Assembly: GCA_951406725.2 (NCBI GenBank)
Contig: OX597835.1
Span: 13,392,001 to 13,456,000, forward strand
From: Octopus vulgaris
Taxonomy: Eukaryota
Reading direction: 5' to 3'
Length of the DNA: 64,000 bases
The notes below the pieces were generated by a model. That model was given only the letters and a program-made list of their open reading frames with translations. It searched no databases and was not told the origin of the DNA. Below are positions 1 through 12,853 of this stretch, piece after piece. Each line of letters begins with the position of its first letter. The stretch's first letter is position 1. Position numbers and translations under genes: made by a program.

Positions 1-300
1 AGTAGTAGTAGTAGCAACAGCAGCAGCAGTAATGGGTGTAGTAGCAGTAGTAGTAGTAATAGTAGCAGCAGCAGTAGTGGTTGTAGTAGTGGTGGTGGTA
101 GTAGTAGTTGCAGCAGCAGCAGTGGTCATAGTAGTAGTTGCAGCAGCAGCAGTAATGGTGGTAGTAGTAGTAGCAGTTGTTGTAGTAGTTGTAGCAGCAG
201 CAGTGGTCATAGTAGTAGTAGTAGCAGCAGCAGCAGTGGTCATAGTAGTAGTAGTAGCAGCAGTAATGGTGGTAGTGGTAGTAGTAGTAGTAGTTGTTGT
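1..300. repeat. Compound (GTA/GCA/GTG)n trinucleotide microsatellite
   Basis: Direct reading; explains the poly-Val ORF 32..304. Confidence 0.95.
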
Positions 301-480
301 TTAACCTCAAGGCAGGCTAACTGGTTCAAAGACATTCCAGCCATGACCACCTCATCAGCCATAGCAGTATTTACAATTACGTTATCCAATGTTTCCCCAC
401 TGTCTTTTCAGAACAACAGGGTGTGGTTCATGGTAGTTTTAGCTGCTATCTCTAGGAGGTCAGTCAAACAACCAATTAGA
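292..480 (-). mobile_element. Old dispersed repeat (family E), 3' part with (AAC)n tail
   Basis: Motifs gacattccagccatgacc and gctgctat(t)tctag recur near 2960-3060, 4410-4570, 43540-43590, 44810-45060, 56520-56570 and 58680. Confidence 0.5.
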
Positions 481-740
481 CCACGAGTGGGAGGGGGGAC
501 CCCCTTTTTTCGCCTTTTTTTTTTAAATCCCAGGAGAAAATTTCCAGTGCTGATGAACCTGTGATGTAAGGGTCACATTGATGCTGAGGAAAATAACAAG
601 TCTTAAATTATATAAATTGCTAGGCTTGCACCTTTAATTAATTAAACTGGGTTGGTTTAAAGGTTTACAACTGATATAAGGTACCTGTACCCCTTCGAGG
701 GGATTATGTGTACCCTTGTCAAAAGAAAAAAAAAATTGAA

Positions 741-903
741 GCAAAAAGTGACTGTGTGGTAAGAAGCTTGCTTACCGACTACATGGTTCTAGGTTCAGTC
801 TCACTGCATGGCACCTTGGGCAACTGTCTTCTGCTATAGCTTCAGGCCAACCAAAGCCTTGTGAGTGGATTTGGTAGGCAGAAACTGAAACAAGCCCGTC
901 GTA
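741..903 (+). mobile_element. tRNA-derived SINE family A (CORE-like; octopus OR-type), 5' half
   Basis: A-box-like gtgactgtgtggtaag, B-box-like ggttcagtc, then CORE-like accttgggcaa; ends in (TA)n; many copies in the window. Confidence 0.85.
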
Positions 904-945
<42 letters not shown>

Positions 946-1130
946 TGGTGCTAAGCTCTATTGGTCCCTTTGCCTTTCCTTTGGACAACATCGGTGGTGT
1001 GGAGAGGGAGGCTGGTATGGATGGACAAAAACTGGTCTTCCATAAACAACCTTCCCCAGACTTGTGCCTCAAAGGGCAACTTTCTAGGTGCAATCCCGTG
1101 GTCATTCATAACCAAAGGGAGTCTTTGCCC
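946..1130 (-). mobile_element. Probable RTE-type 5'UTR-derived repeat fragment
   Basis: Reverse complement contains aaggttgtttatggaagacc...ccctctccacaccaccgatgttgtccaa, which resembles RTE 5' ends as I recall them; flanked by (TA)n. Confidence 0.35.
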
Positions 1131-1199
1131 TATATCAATGTATATATATATATCTGTGTGTGTGTGTGTGTGTGTGTACCTTTGTGTCTAGAATGAAGT

Positions 1200-1440
1200 G
1201 CCCCTTCACCCACTGAACTTCTAGCTTTGTGAGCTGCCAGGTGGCCTCAGTAAGGTAAGGGGTCATGGAAAAGCACCCAGTCCATGTAAAGTGGTTGACA
1301 TTAAGAAGGGCCTCCTTCTATAGAAACCATGCCAAAGCTGACAAAGGAGCACAATGTGGTCCTTGGACACATCGGATCCTGTCAAAACTGTCCAAACCTT
1401 TGCCAAGCATGGAGCACGTATGTTAAATGATGACGAAGAC
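1200..1440 (+). mobile_element. Degenerate family D element
   Basis: aaaagcaccc...gtggttgacattaagaaggg...gcatggagcacgtatgttaaatgatga matches the family D body and (GAT)n tail. Confidence 0.6.
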
Positions 1441-1859
1441 AATGACAATGCTGGTGATTTTTTTGATGATTTAATTTCAATTAAAGCCCGTAATTTTCAA
1501 TTAACTGTGAATTTCAAAAACCTCTATTTATATTTCTATATCTATGCAACTGTAATTACTTTTGCCAAGTAATTACAATTAAAATTTGTGTTTCAAGCAT
1601 AGAAATCTGAAGAAAGATTTTTTTTTTAAAAATAGTTTTTAATTAACAGTAGGGTTGCTAATTATAAAACTTCATTTTCCTTTTTATGTTTTGTTTTAAA
1701 TTTTTATGAAGTCATGTTGATTGGGGTTTTAAGTTTTACCTAACACAGAGTTCAAAATCATAGGTAGAAGTATTTGCTCGAAATGGGAATTTGTCAAATG
1801 GTAATTAACTTTAATGCAGCCTTCCAACATAAACAGGGCCCTCTCTTGATGTACTCTCT

Positions 1860-2066
1860 TTATTATCTTTTACTTGACTGCGGCCATGCTGGAGCACCAC
1901 CTTTAGTCGAGCAAATCGACCCCAGGACTTATTTTTTGTAAGCCTAGGACTTATTGTATCAGTCTCTTTTACCGAACCGCCAAGTTACGGGGATGTAAAC
2001 ACACCACCATCGGTTGTCAAGCGATGTTGGAGGGACAAACACAGACACACAAACATATACACACAT

Positions 2067-2117
<51 letters not shown>

Positions 2118-2283
2118 TATAGCGGGCTTCTTTTAGTTTTTGTCTACCAAATCCACTCACAAGGCTTTGGTCGGTCTGAGGCTATAGTAGAAGACACTTG
2201 CTCAAGGTTCCACGCAGTGGGAATGAACCCGGAACCATGTGGTTGGTAAGCAATCTACTTACCACACAGCCACTCCTGCACCT
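1860..2283 (-). mobile_element. SINE family A, full length with internal CA/TA microsatellite
   Basis: Colinear with copies at 32340-32735 and 34541-34960. Confidence 0.9.
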
Positions 2284-3095
2284 ATATTTTCTTTTCCCCC
2301 CTAACCTATACTAGTTTTTAGGGACTTCGTCAATTTTGACCATAGAGAAAGGCTTACCCATCATGGATTACCCATTGTGGTTTGCTCACTGTGGCTCCTT
2401 TGACTATTAACTGATTACATTGACATATTTATTGTTGACTGTTGTTCCCAGTCTTGACTGTTCCATCTTTTTGAAGAACATTATCATAAGTATTCTGCAT
2501 CTTTTTTTCTTAAAAAATGTAGAGTATTTGAAGGAACTAGGTTGTTGTTTCTGGCATGTTGAACATCGGCAAAAAGGCTTTGTCATAGGCTCATACTTCA
2601 ATAGTTACATGTCAAGTATGACATCAATATTTGTAGCCTGTTTCGTTGCAGCCTTTCATGTTCAAAGATCAAATCCTGCCTAGGTCGACTTTACCTTTCA
2701 TCTCTCTCTGTCTCTCCCTCGATAAAATAAAGCACCAGTGAAGTACTGAGATGGTTATAATCAATTCTGTATCCCTTCTGCGTTTATGTTTGAAGGGGCC
2801 TTCTATCTATCATATGAATCAATGTGGTTATCGTCAGGATCAATATTTTCTGTTTTGTGAAGGAGACGGGAAAGAAAAGCGTTGAAAACAATGCATTGTA
2901 GCATTGGATTTTAACCCTCTTGGTTTCAGGTTCAAATCTTTCAGAGATCATCTATGTCTTGCTACTGTTGTTGTTTGAGCTCTGGGTCCTTTTTCATTGA
3001 ATAGACATAGTAATATGATCAAAATCATTCCAGCTGTGACCATCCTGTCCTTTTAGCGGTGTCTAGGAATCTTTCCGTGCCCCTGACTTTTTATA

Positions 3096-3378
3096 TAGTG
3101 GAGGCATGTGGCTTAGTGGAGGCATGTGGCTTAGTGGAGGCATGTGGCTTTGTGGTTAGGGTGTTGGGTTCGTGGTTTTGATCCCTAGGTCAAATCATGT
3201 GTTGTGTCCTTGAGCAAAACTCTTCATTTCACATTGCACCAGTTCACTCACCTGTAACCTGTAAAAATGAGTGATCCTGCAAGGGACCAGCATCCCATCC
3301 AGGTAGGGAATATATACGCCATGGAAACGGGGAACTGGCCCTTATGAATCAGCATAACTCGAGAAGGTTACATTTACC
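3096..3378 (+). mobile_element. tRNA-derived CORE-like SINE with triplicated 18-bp head (tagtggaggcatgtggct)
   Basis: A-box tggcttagtgg; gtgtccttgagcaa core; 3' part shared with 52603-52907. Confidence 0.7.
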
Positions 3379-3501
3379 TGTGCTTTACCTGTCTTTCTAT
3401 ATATCTATCTATTTCCCTCTCTGTCTCTCAATACATTTCTCTGTCACTTTCTATGTAGTTATTCATTTCTTTCTCATTGTCTCTCTCTTCATCTTTCTCT
3501 G

Positions 3502-3580
<79 letters not shown>

Positions 3581-5580
3581 TTAGTTCGATTTGAAAACCC
3601 CACTAGAATGGGAGAAAGCGCTAATACACGATCTAAGTTATATGATGTATAAAAACATGTAATATACAAATAAATATCTGTAAATATAAAACCATCCGAA
3701 TTTCTGAGTACCTCATTTCTTCTAATATATATATATATATATAATATTTATCCATTCATCTCTCCCTTTCTCTTCAAGTGCCATACTTGCAAGCATCACT
3801 AATCATGGACCTTCATTACCGAAGTCTGAAGGTTCATAATTTTTTGACTGGGGAAGGATACTGCAGCATTATTTTATTATTTTCTCATTATTTTCAAAAC
3901 TAGTTGAAACAAATGTATTATATTTCAATTGAAATATGGTAACAAAGGGTTAAAAAGCAAGAAATTTGGATTGGACAACATTTCAGTCCAAATCCTGAAG
4001 AAATATTCTTGTTGTCTTCTACTAATTTACAATTTACTCTGCTCATCTCTTCCTCTCCTGAGCTTACCCTTGAAACCCTGGGCTTATTCAACCTTTAAGT
4101 AGAGGACTGGTTCATATGCCCACACACCAATGGGCCGATATGATATATATCTAGGGGCCAGCCCTCTCCTGGACCTTTATAATTAAGTCATAGGACCATC
4201 TTCTGCTGTCTGAACCTTAACTAGGGTACCTTAATAGGTACTACACCCTAAGAAAGAGCAGACCCAGAAGGAACAATTAGTAAGGATTAACTCCCAAACT
4301 ATCCAAATCTGTGAACTCCCATGCTGGACCCTCACCACTTAAAACAGTTTAATATCTTGAACACAACCATCTAGGAGTATATTACCCTATGAGTACATTT
4401 TTGAAGAAAGTAAGGTGTATTTGAGGGATTTTGGTTGCTATTTCTACTGATTCAAGAAACCACATAGAAGCTCCCATGTTAATTCGTGTCCTTGTTTAAG
4501 ACAATTTATTATGATCTGGTGGAGATTTGGTTGTTATTTCCAGCAGATTGATCAAGCATGTATAAGTTCCTTCTTCAGCCAATCAACTGTATTCTTGTAT
4601 TGCTTTAGTGTTCAATAAAATTGATCAGTAGTAATAGTTCATAGAGGTCAATACATTGAACCATCTCTCTTCTCTTTCAATAACTGACCTTCCTTCCTAC
4701 CTCAGGAAATAGTATTTCAGACTTCTTTGCAATATGTCCGCTGTTATTGACTAATATCTCTTACAACACACATCTTATATTGAATCATACAGAAATATAC
4801 TGTAGACAGTGCAGCCATCCATGTTATTGAATGTCATACGGAACCACTCTGATTCTTTTTCTTTTAATCTGTTTTAGAAAATATTCCACTGTCCCCTTAT
4901 TTTTTCCAAGGGTGAATATCTTATTGACAACACTTGACAGAGTGGGTAGGATGGGTTGGTCAATATTTTGAATTATTGTCGTTTTCCTTTGCCATTTTGC
5001 TTTATTTTATTTATTTCTTTTCGCTGTTGTTCTTCTTGTTCTTCTGTTCGAGATCAATAATAATATCATATAAAAAGATTGTCTTATTTGTTTCAAGACA
5101 GGTTTTGAAATTCTACCGGTGGCCATTCTTTTGAATCACAAAAATAAGGCAACGAACCATTTTCATGTTGGTGCAACTTTCTGAAAAGCATGCATTTCTG
5201 AATTTAGTGAAAAAAAATCTTACTAAACGCAGTCTTTGAGTTACAGAATCTGCTGACCTTTCCATTGAGAAGAAGGTCAGACAGAAATATTCTACCTCTA
5301 CTACTTGAGGAAAAAGATTTGTCCCCCCTTTTTTTTTTTTTTGGATGCTGAAGATATTAGCATTGTTTTGATGTTGTGGAACATATTCTTTGTTCCATAT
5401 CGCTAAGATACAATGCTGTAAAGCTCTTTTATGGAAGGAACCAGATGGACAGGTGGACAGATGTCATACACATTGTGTACATCTCTTCAATGAGAAGAAC
5501 TGGGTATAAGACAGACCCTCCTGTGATGGTAATTAAGGACAGATTGGGTGTGGGTTTATTATAGTACTAAAGAACATTAA

Positions 5581-5740
5581 CCCTTTTGTTGCCATATTTC
5601 TGTCAATATACCACACTTGTTTTGATTAATTTTGAAAATAAATGAAGAATTTGGGAAAATAACTTTGTCCTTATCAAGCTAGAGTCTGGAACATGAATAT
5701 ATGAAATTTTGATGAAAGGTTTCAATTTAAGTCATTTGAA
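5581..5740. mobile_element. piggyBac-type MITE fragment (TTAA|CCCTTT end)
   Basis: TTAA at 5577-5580 then cccttttgttgccatatttc; inverted homologue gaaatatggtaacaaaggg|ttaa ends at 3949. Confidence 0.55.
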
Positions 5741-5755
5741 TCCTTAATTGTGCAG

Positions 5756-5936
5756 TTGTGTCTGGGGAGAGTCATTTTCTTTTTGTGCCTTATAATTTAA
5801 CACACTCACCGGTAAAATTTCCACTTATTTCTAATTTTTATTTTCCTAAAATAAAAATTAGAAATAAGTGGAAATTTTACCGGTGAGTGTGTTAAATTAT
5901 AAGGCACAAAAAGAAAATGACTCTCCCCAGACACAA
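5756..5936. repeat. Perfect inverted repeat, 89-bp arms with 3-nt loop
   Basis: 5756-5844 is the reverse complement of 5848-5936; loop CCT at 5845-5847. Confidence 0.95.
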
Positions 5937-6267
5937 AAGAATATGCTTCAACACACAAACTCATATAAAGAATCTTGCAAACCAAATCCAAAAATGAAAT
6001 ATCATTGTGCTATATTATTTTTTATTTTATGACCATTATGTGAAATGTCTTAATAAGCTGAAGTTATCTTGACCCAGAACTGAACCAAGTGGACGATGTT
6101 TGGGCCTCCTGTTTGTTGCGTTTCTCCAGCTGGGGTAAACATCATGATTGCTTGATTGGGTTGCCTGGTTACACAGAAGTCTATCAGGGGCAGCTCTTAT
6201 TCGAGTCTAGTTGTTAATGGTCATTAGGCTGTGCCACCTAGCTATATTCATATATATTTGCAGTAAG

Positions 6268-6415
6268 TCATCTGTCTTTACGTTCTGAGTTCAAATTCCA
6301 TCAAGGTCAACTTTACCTTTCATCCTTTTGGGGTCGATAAATTAAGTACCAGTTCTGTACTGGGGTTGATTTAATCGACTGGCCCCCTACCCAGATCTTG
6401 TGCTTAGAGTAGAAA
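6268..6415 (+). mobile_element. SINE family B (Meta/MESC-like), partial
   Basis: gagttcaaattcc B box followed by tttcatccttttggggtcgataaattaagtaccag. Confidence 0.85.
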
Positions 6416-6463
6416 ACTATATCTCCACATATATACTTGCTTGTGCATCGATACACTCACATA

Positions 6464-6500
<37 letters not shown>

Positions 6501-7493
6501 GTTTAAGCATTCTGCCTCTAAACCTTGACATTTTGAGAGAAAATATCAATTAAGCCATACCAGTGTGGAAGACCTCAACCCCATAATGTGCAGCTGTCCA
6601 AAAGTGACCACAAAGCAAAACCTTCTCATAAAGCTCGATACTCTTACTAAAACCTTTTACAATGCTTTTTACAAAAAGTATCCACACTTTTGAAAAATAA
6701 AGAATGCTGGTTCAAATAAAAACAACGAACCCAAGAGAAGCACAATGGACCAGACATGGATGTAAAAAGCATACAATGTTGTAGAGATCTGCTGCCTGGT
6801 GGGTGTGAATGTTCCATTAAAAGAATGGGGGAAAGAGGAACATCTGTGAACTAATGGTAAACCTACAGTTTTTATATTCAGGCTGTGCATTTGCATTTCT
6901 ATCTGTTATCAGAGGTGCATTTGTTTACATAACAGCATATTTGCATAAAAACTAGAAATTCTGGGTTCTCCAAAACAAGTCCAGAATAAACTGATTGCCA
7001 TCATCCAAAGAAAAATGGATTAGAGATAGATTAGAGTGAAGATTTGTAAAACATTCCAGGGATTCTCCATTTGAGGTTCCTTGATTGAAGATATTCACAC
7101 AGTCACAAGTGTATTATGGCATACACATATAAACAGCATACACACCTATGTACTATACAGACACACACTATCATTACTTATATATGCACATGCTAATATA
7201 AATATTCACTAAGGCCATAAGAGCTGTCAGGGTTAAGACCCCAAGAGTGGGCTTCTCATTTTGTTTGTGAATAATTTGAATTTTACAAGGGACAAAATTT
7301 ACATAGATTCCCAAGAAGTTCATCTATTCATGCATTTATGCATAAATGCAACATACGCACATACATGTATAAGCGCATACATACATAAATATATACTTGT
7401 GTATGAGTACATGCATACGAACTTCCATTTGCGTAGATACATACATAGCGTATCTGGTGTGTACAAATATATTTATATATATGTGTGTGTAAT

Positions 7494-7866
7494 AGGTGCA
7501 GCATGGTTGTGTGGTAAGAAACTTCTTCCCAACCTCATGGGTCCGGGTTCAGTCCCACTACATGACACCTTGGGCAAGTATCTCTTATTATAGCCTCAGC
7601 CTGACCAAAACTTTGTGAGTGGATTTGGTAGATGGAAGCTGAAAGAAGTTTATTGTATGTTTGTGTGTGTCTGTGTTTGTCCCGCCCCACCACTATCACT
7701 TGACAACTGATGTTGGTGTGTTTACATCCCCATAAACTTAGCGGTTCGGCAAAAGAGACCGATAGAATAAATACTAGGCTTACAAAGAATAAGTCCTGGG
7801 GTCGATTTGCTCAACTACAGGTGGTGCTTCAGCATGGCCACAGTCAAATGACTGAAACAAATAAAA
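7494..7866 (+). mobile_element. SINE family A, full length
   Basis: Colinear with other family A copies. Confidence 0.9.
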
Positions 7867-7908
7867 CAATATATGTATGTGTGTGTGTACATATATATAT
7901 ATATATAT

Positions 7909-8064
7909 ACTCTTTTACTCTTTTACTTGTTTCAGTCATTTGACTATGGCCATGCTGGAGCACTGCCTATAGTTGAGCAAATCGACCCCAGGACTTATTC
8001 TTTGTAAGCTTAGTACTTATCCTATCGGTCTCTTTTGCTGAATCACTAAGTTACGGGGACGTAA

Positions 8065-8096
<32 letters not shown>

Positions 8097-8240
8097 GATG
8101 GGCTTCTTTCAGTTTCCTTCTACCAAATCCACTCGCATGGCTTTGGTCGGCCTGAGGCTATATTAGAAGATGTCATGCAGCAGGACTGAACCCAGAGCCA
8201 TGTGGTTGGGAAGCAAGCCTCTTACCACACAGCTCCACCT
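7909..8240 (-). mobile_element. SINE family A, inverted relative to the neighbouring copy
   Basis: Reverse complement matches family A; about 40 bp of TA/TG spacer between the two copies. Confidence 0.9.
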
Positions 8241-8709
8241 ATTTAGAAATACTGCTTAATCTTGTCCTTCTTACATGATGGTATTGTGTGATATCAGATC
8301 ACTTACCTACTATTTCAATGCGCTTGGTGACCACATGGAGAGTCCATTGTTGATCCGTCATTGTTAGATAAGTGAGGCAGGGAGGAAAAGGCTGACATTC
8401 TGCCCTATCTCCTCGGTAAATTTGCTGAAGGGTCAGTGACAATGGCAGTCAAGAAGCCCTTGGTCTTGTACAGAATTATCAGAAGATTGTACGACAGGGA
8501 AGGCCTATGTATATGTGGTGGGCATACTCTATGGTGGTCCCCTTACGTTAGCACTTGACCTACCATCCTTTCTCTCTTGCTTCTCAATTCTTTTTACTAG
8601 TCATCTTTTTTTGATATTTTGATAAAGGGTTTCATTTGAAATATCAGATTCACTTCTGTTATTTCTTTTGATATATTAATCTTCATTGTACACTTCTTTG
8701 TTTGTTCAA

Positions 8710-8744
8710 TTTTCGCTTTATATTTCTACACTTTTTAGGTATGT
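8710..8744 (+). promoter_or_regulatory. Candidate recursive splice site (polyY-TAG|GTATGT)
   Basis: ttttcgctttatatttctacactttttAG|GTATGT; junction 8738|8739. Confidence 0.35.
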
Positions 8745-9019
8745 GCTTATTTGCCTCTCTGGCTTTTTATATCTTTTTTGTTTCCTCTTTGCCTCAAGTT
8801 TTATTTGAGATATTTATGTAATTTTACCTTTTTATATGTGTATGTCTGTCTGCCTATCTATCTATCTATGTATCTGTTTGTGTGTGTGTTTCACAACATT
8901 TATTTATTGTTTCCATAATGGAGAAAATGGATGGGTGAAGTATGGAAGATGTGAATACTGTGTGGTGCTGTGTCACATGATTTCACAGGGAAACATTTGA
9001 AATTTCGCCAGAGAACAGA

Positions 9020-9215
9020 CAAACGTCAGCATGCCTGGTGAAATGCTTAGCAGTATTTCGTCTGTCTTTCCTTTCTGAGTTCAAATTCCGCCAAGGTCGA
9101 CTTTGCCTTTCACCCTTTCGGGGTCAATAAATTAAGAACCAGTTGCATACTGGGGTCGATAAATTGACTGGTCCCCCTTCCCCAAAATTTTGAGTTTTGT
9201 GCCTAGAGTAGAAAA
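9020..9215 (+). mobile_element. SINE family B
   Basis: Head, B box and central domain present. Confidence 0.85.
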
Positions 9216-9309
9216 GTATATGTATGATCATAAAACTATGGGCTTTGTGTCCATTTTAATCAAGTTTTTCAGAAGGTGCAAAAAAGGGGACTAGTTGGAG
9301 GAAGTTGTT

Positions 9310-9890
9310 GAAATATGAGTGCGAGAAAAGGGTGTATAATGTAGGGTTGGGACGAGAGTGTTTATATCGCTGAGCTGGGAGAAGAGTATGTATAATGTAG
9401 AGCTGGGAAAAGTGTTTGTGTGATATAGGGTTGGGTGAGAGTGTGTATATTGCAGAGCTGGTGGGAGAGTGTGTTTAATATTGAGTTGGGTAAAGAGTGT
9501 ATATAATATCAGACTGGGAAAAGAGTGTGTATAATGTTGAGCTGGAAAAAGAGTATATATGATATCAGGCTGGAAGAAGACTATATATAATATAGGGCTA
9601 GGAAAAGAGTGCATAGTAAATGCTCAGCAGCATTTTGTCTGTCTTTACATTCTGAGTTCAAATTCCACCAAGGTCAACTTTGCCTTTCATCCTTTCAGGG
9701 TCGATGAAATAAGTACCAGTTATGCACTGGGGTTGATGTAATTGGCTTATCTCCTCCCCACCAAATTTCAGGCCTTGTACCCATAGTAAAAAGGATTATT
9801 ATTATTATACAACAGGGAGAGGAGTGTATATAAATTGCAGCGAGGAAAAGAGTGTGTATAATAATGTTGAACTAGAAGAAGGGTGTGTAC
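9310..9890. repeat. Degenerate ~30-bp minisatellite interrupted by a family B SINE (~9617-9797)
   Basis: Recurring gtgtataatgt.gagctgggaaaagagt units on both sides of the SINE. Confidence 0.75.
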
Positions 9891-10710
9891 TGTTGGACAG
9901 GCCAAGAGCACTAAGTACCCTGGTTCCAACCCTGTTTGGGGCTAAACAATAACAACAACAAGTTTTAAATGATGTTTTGTTCTATGTTATCAATATGTTA
10001 GTTCCTGTTAATTTCTAATCGAGGGTATTGAGAGGAGGAGGTGGGGAATGTCATGTATGGAATGTCAGTTCATTTTATTCAATGTGATGATAGTTGTTCC
10101 TTTTTTTTTTTTTTTTTTTTTTGTGAAAATAATTACAAGGTTTGCAGTCATTCGTTGATTGAACTGTCTGGTGTTGATTGCCAACAATTGTGGAAATCTG
10201 AAGAGAAATATGACACTTTTATGACTTCCATTTTTTAATTGTCAGTTGTGATTGGTCAAGCTTTTCACTGCAAACACCTACATCCCTAACTCTGCTTTTC
10301 ATTCTGTATTTCATCATTAAAAAAAAGAACTGCTTTGTCATTTTATACAGTACATGTACCAGTGTTTTTTTTCTTTGTTCCCCAACCATTGTTGTTCTTT
10401 TCTTTCCTATTTGTGGTACAAGTATGTACTGTATACAATAAACTAATTGTTATTGGTATTATTATTAAGGCAGTGAGCTAGCTGAATTGTTAGTATGCTG
10501 GGCAAAATGCTCAGCAGTATTTTGTCTGTCTTTACTTTCTCTATTCAAATTCCATCAAGGTCAAATTTGCCTTTCATCCTTTCGGGGTCGGGTAGATGAA
10601 ATGAGTACCAGTTATGCACTGGGGTTTATGCAATTGACTTATCCCCTCCACCCCCAAATTTCAGGCCTTGTACCTATAGTAAAAAGGATTATTATTATTA
10701 TTATTATTAT

Positions 10711-11027
10711 TGAGTGAGAGAGCAGTGCATGCCATCAATGTGACACTGGGGTAAAATATACGAAGCCCAGTATACCCATCATGACTACCCGTCTGATAAG
10801 GGTACACCAGGCACATGCATCACAACCATATGTGCGCGACATGGTGATCTCATATCAAGATAAACAGCACATGACCTTGCAGGTGGGGCCCAGTTAGAAT
10901 TTTCTTCAGGTCAAGTAACCCAATCCGCTCAAACAATCCCTGAATAAGGGTTGTTTAAGGATGTTGAATGAAACACCCATGTTTCCAAAGGTGAATTATT
11001 CAAACTCCAAAAAATCTCTCTCAACAC
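10711..11027 (-). mobile_element. Family C element, 5'-truncated
   Basis: Matches the 13712-14270 copy from its 3' end; (ATT)n on both sides. Confidence 0.85.
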
Positions 11028-11067
<40 letters not shown>

Positions 11068-11839
11068 GTTATTATTATTATTATTATTATTAAGATGATG
11101 AGCTGGCAGAAACGTTAGCATGCCGGGCGAAATGTTTAGCAGTATTTCATCTGTCTTTACATTCTGAGTTCAAATTCTACTGAGGTCGACTTAGCTTTTC
11201 ATCCTTTCGGGGTTGATAAATTAAGTACCAGTTGTGTACTGGACTCAATCAAATCAATTAGTCACCCTCCCCCAAAAATTTCATGCCTGGTGCCTAGAGT
11301 AGAAAGGATTCTTCTTCTTCTTCTGCTCCTCCTCCTCCTCATTATTATTAAGGTGGTGAGCTGGCAGAACTGTTAGCATGCTGGGCGAAATGCTTAGCGG
11401 TATTTCATCTGTCTTTACATTCTGAGTTCAAATTCCACCGAGGTCGACTTAGCTTTTCATCCTTTTGAGGTAGATAAATTAAGTACCAGTTGTGTACTGG
11501 AGTCGATCTAATCAATTGGACACCCTCCCCCGAAAATTTCAGGACTTGTACCTAGAGTAGAAAAGATTATTATTATCATTATTATCATTATTATTATTAT
11601 CATCATCATCATCATCATTCTTAAAGCAGCAAGTTGGCAGAATTGTTAGCACACCGGGCAAAATGCTTTGTGGCATTTTGTGTGTCTTGCACATTCTGAT
11701 TTCAAATTCTGCCAAGGTTGACTTTACCTTTCATCCTTTCAGATGAAATAAGTACCAGTTGCACACTGGGGGTTGATATAATCGAATTATCCCCACCCCT
11801 AAAATTGCTGCCCATGTGGCAAAATTTGAAACCATTCTT

Positions 11840-11898
<59 letters not shown>

Positions 11899-11913
11899 GA
11901 TGATGATGATGAT

Positions 11914-12221
11914 TGAGTGAGAGAGCAGAGTGCATGCCATCAAAGTCACACTGGGGTAGAATATACGAAGCCCAGTACAACCATCATGACTACCCGTCTG
12001 ATAAGGGTACACCAGGCACATGCATCACAACCATATGTGCGCGACATGGTGATCTCATATCAAGATAAACAGCACATGACCTTGCAGGTAGGGCCCAGTT
12101 AGAATTTTCTTCTGGTCAAGTAACCCAATCCGCTCAAACGGTCCCTGTTTAAGGATGTTGAATGAAACACCCATGTTTCCAAAGGTGAATTATTCAAACT
12201 CCAAAAAATCCCTCTCAACAC
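11914..12221 (-). mobile_element. Family C element, same truncation point as 10711-11027
   Basis: Ends at ctctcaacac|tattatt in both copies, indicating a DNA-level duplication. Confidence 0.85.
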
Positions 12222-12267
<46 letters not shown>

Positions 12268-12268
<1 letters not shown>

Positions 12269-12797
12269 TATGTTTGACTTTTGCTTTATATTTGTACAAG
12301 TTGGCTCCAAGTCTCACCCAGAGACCTCAAGAGACAACAGGGTTGGAAGTTCATGTTGTTGTTATGCCTAGTGTGCCATATATTTGGGGGGTGGGGATGT
12401 TGTACTAATGAATGTCTAAAAAAAAAAAAAAAGGTTTTTTTTTTTTTTTTTTTTTTTTTAAACCGAAAATTATGTTTGTTTTAAACCTTGAGATTACATA
12501 GAGAGTATTTTGCGTAGGATATGAGCAGTTCCCATGAGCACTATCTTTTGAACTTCTGCCATTTTTGGGTTTCCTGGTATCTGAGTTAGGTAGCTATCAG
12601 CCCCTTTTGCTATCATTCCCAGGGCACCTATGACAACAGGTATTGTTTTAGTCTTCAGCTTCCACATTTTGCTGATTTCTATTTCAAGATCTTTATATTT
12701 GCTCAGTTTTTGGTAGGTCTTGACAGATACGTTTATATCGATTGGGACAGTCATATCAATGAGGAGGCATGTTCTTTGTTTGAAGTTTTTCAATATG

Positions 12798-12799
<2 letters not shown>
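12268..12799 (-). mobile_element. 5'-truncated R4/Dong-clade non-LTR retrotransposon (endonuclease C-terminus + 3'UTR) in (TAA)n
   Basis: IILKNFKQRTCLLIDMTVP...KLSKYKDLEIEISKMW...IPVVIGALG...QKIVLMGTAHILRKILSM* (stop at 12494-12496) is the typical restriction-like endonuclease tail; (ATT)n on both flanks. Confidence 0.85.
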
Positions 12800-12853
<54 letters not shown>

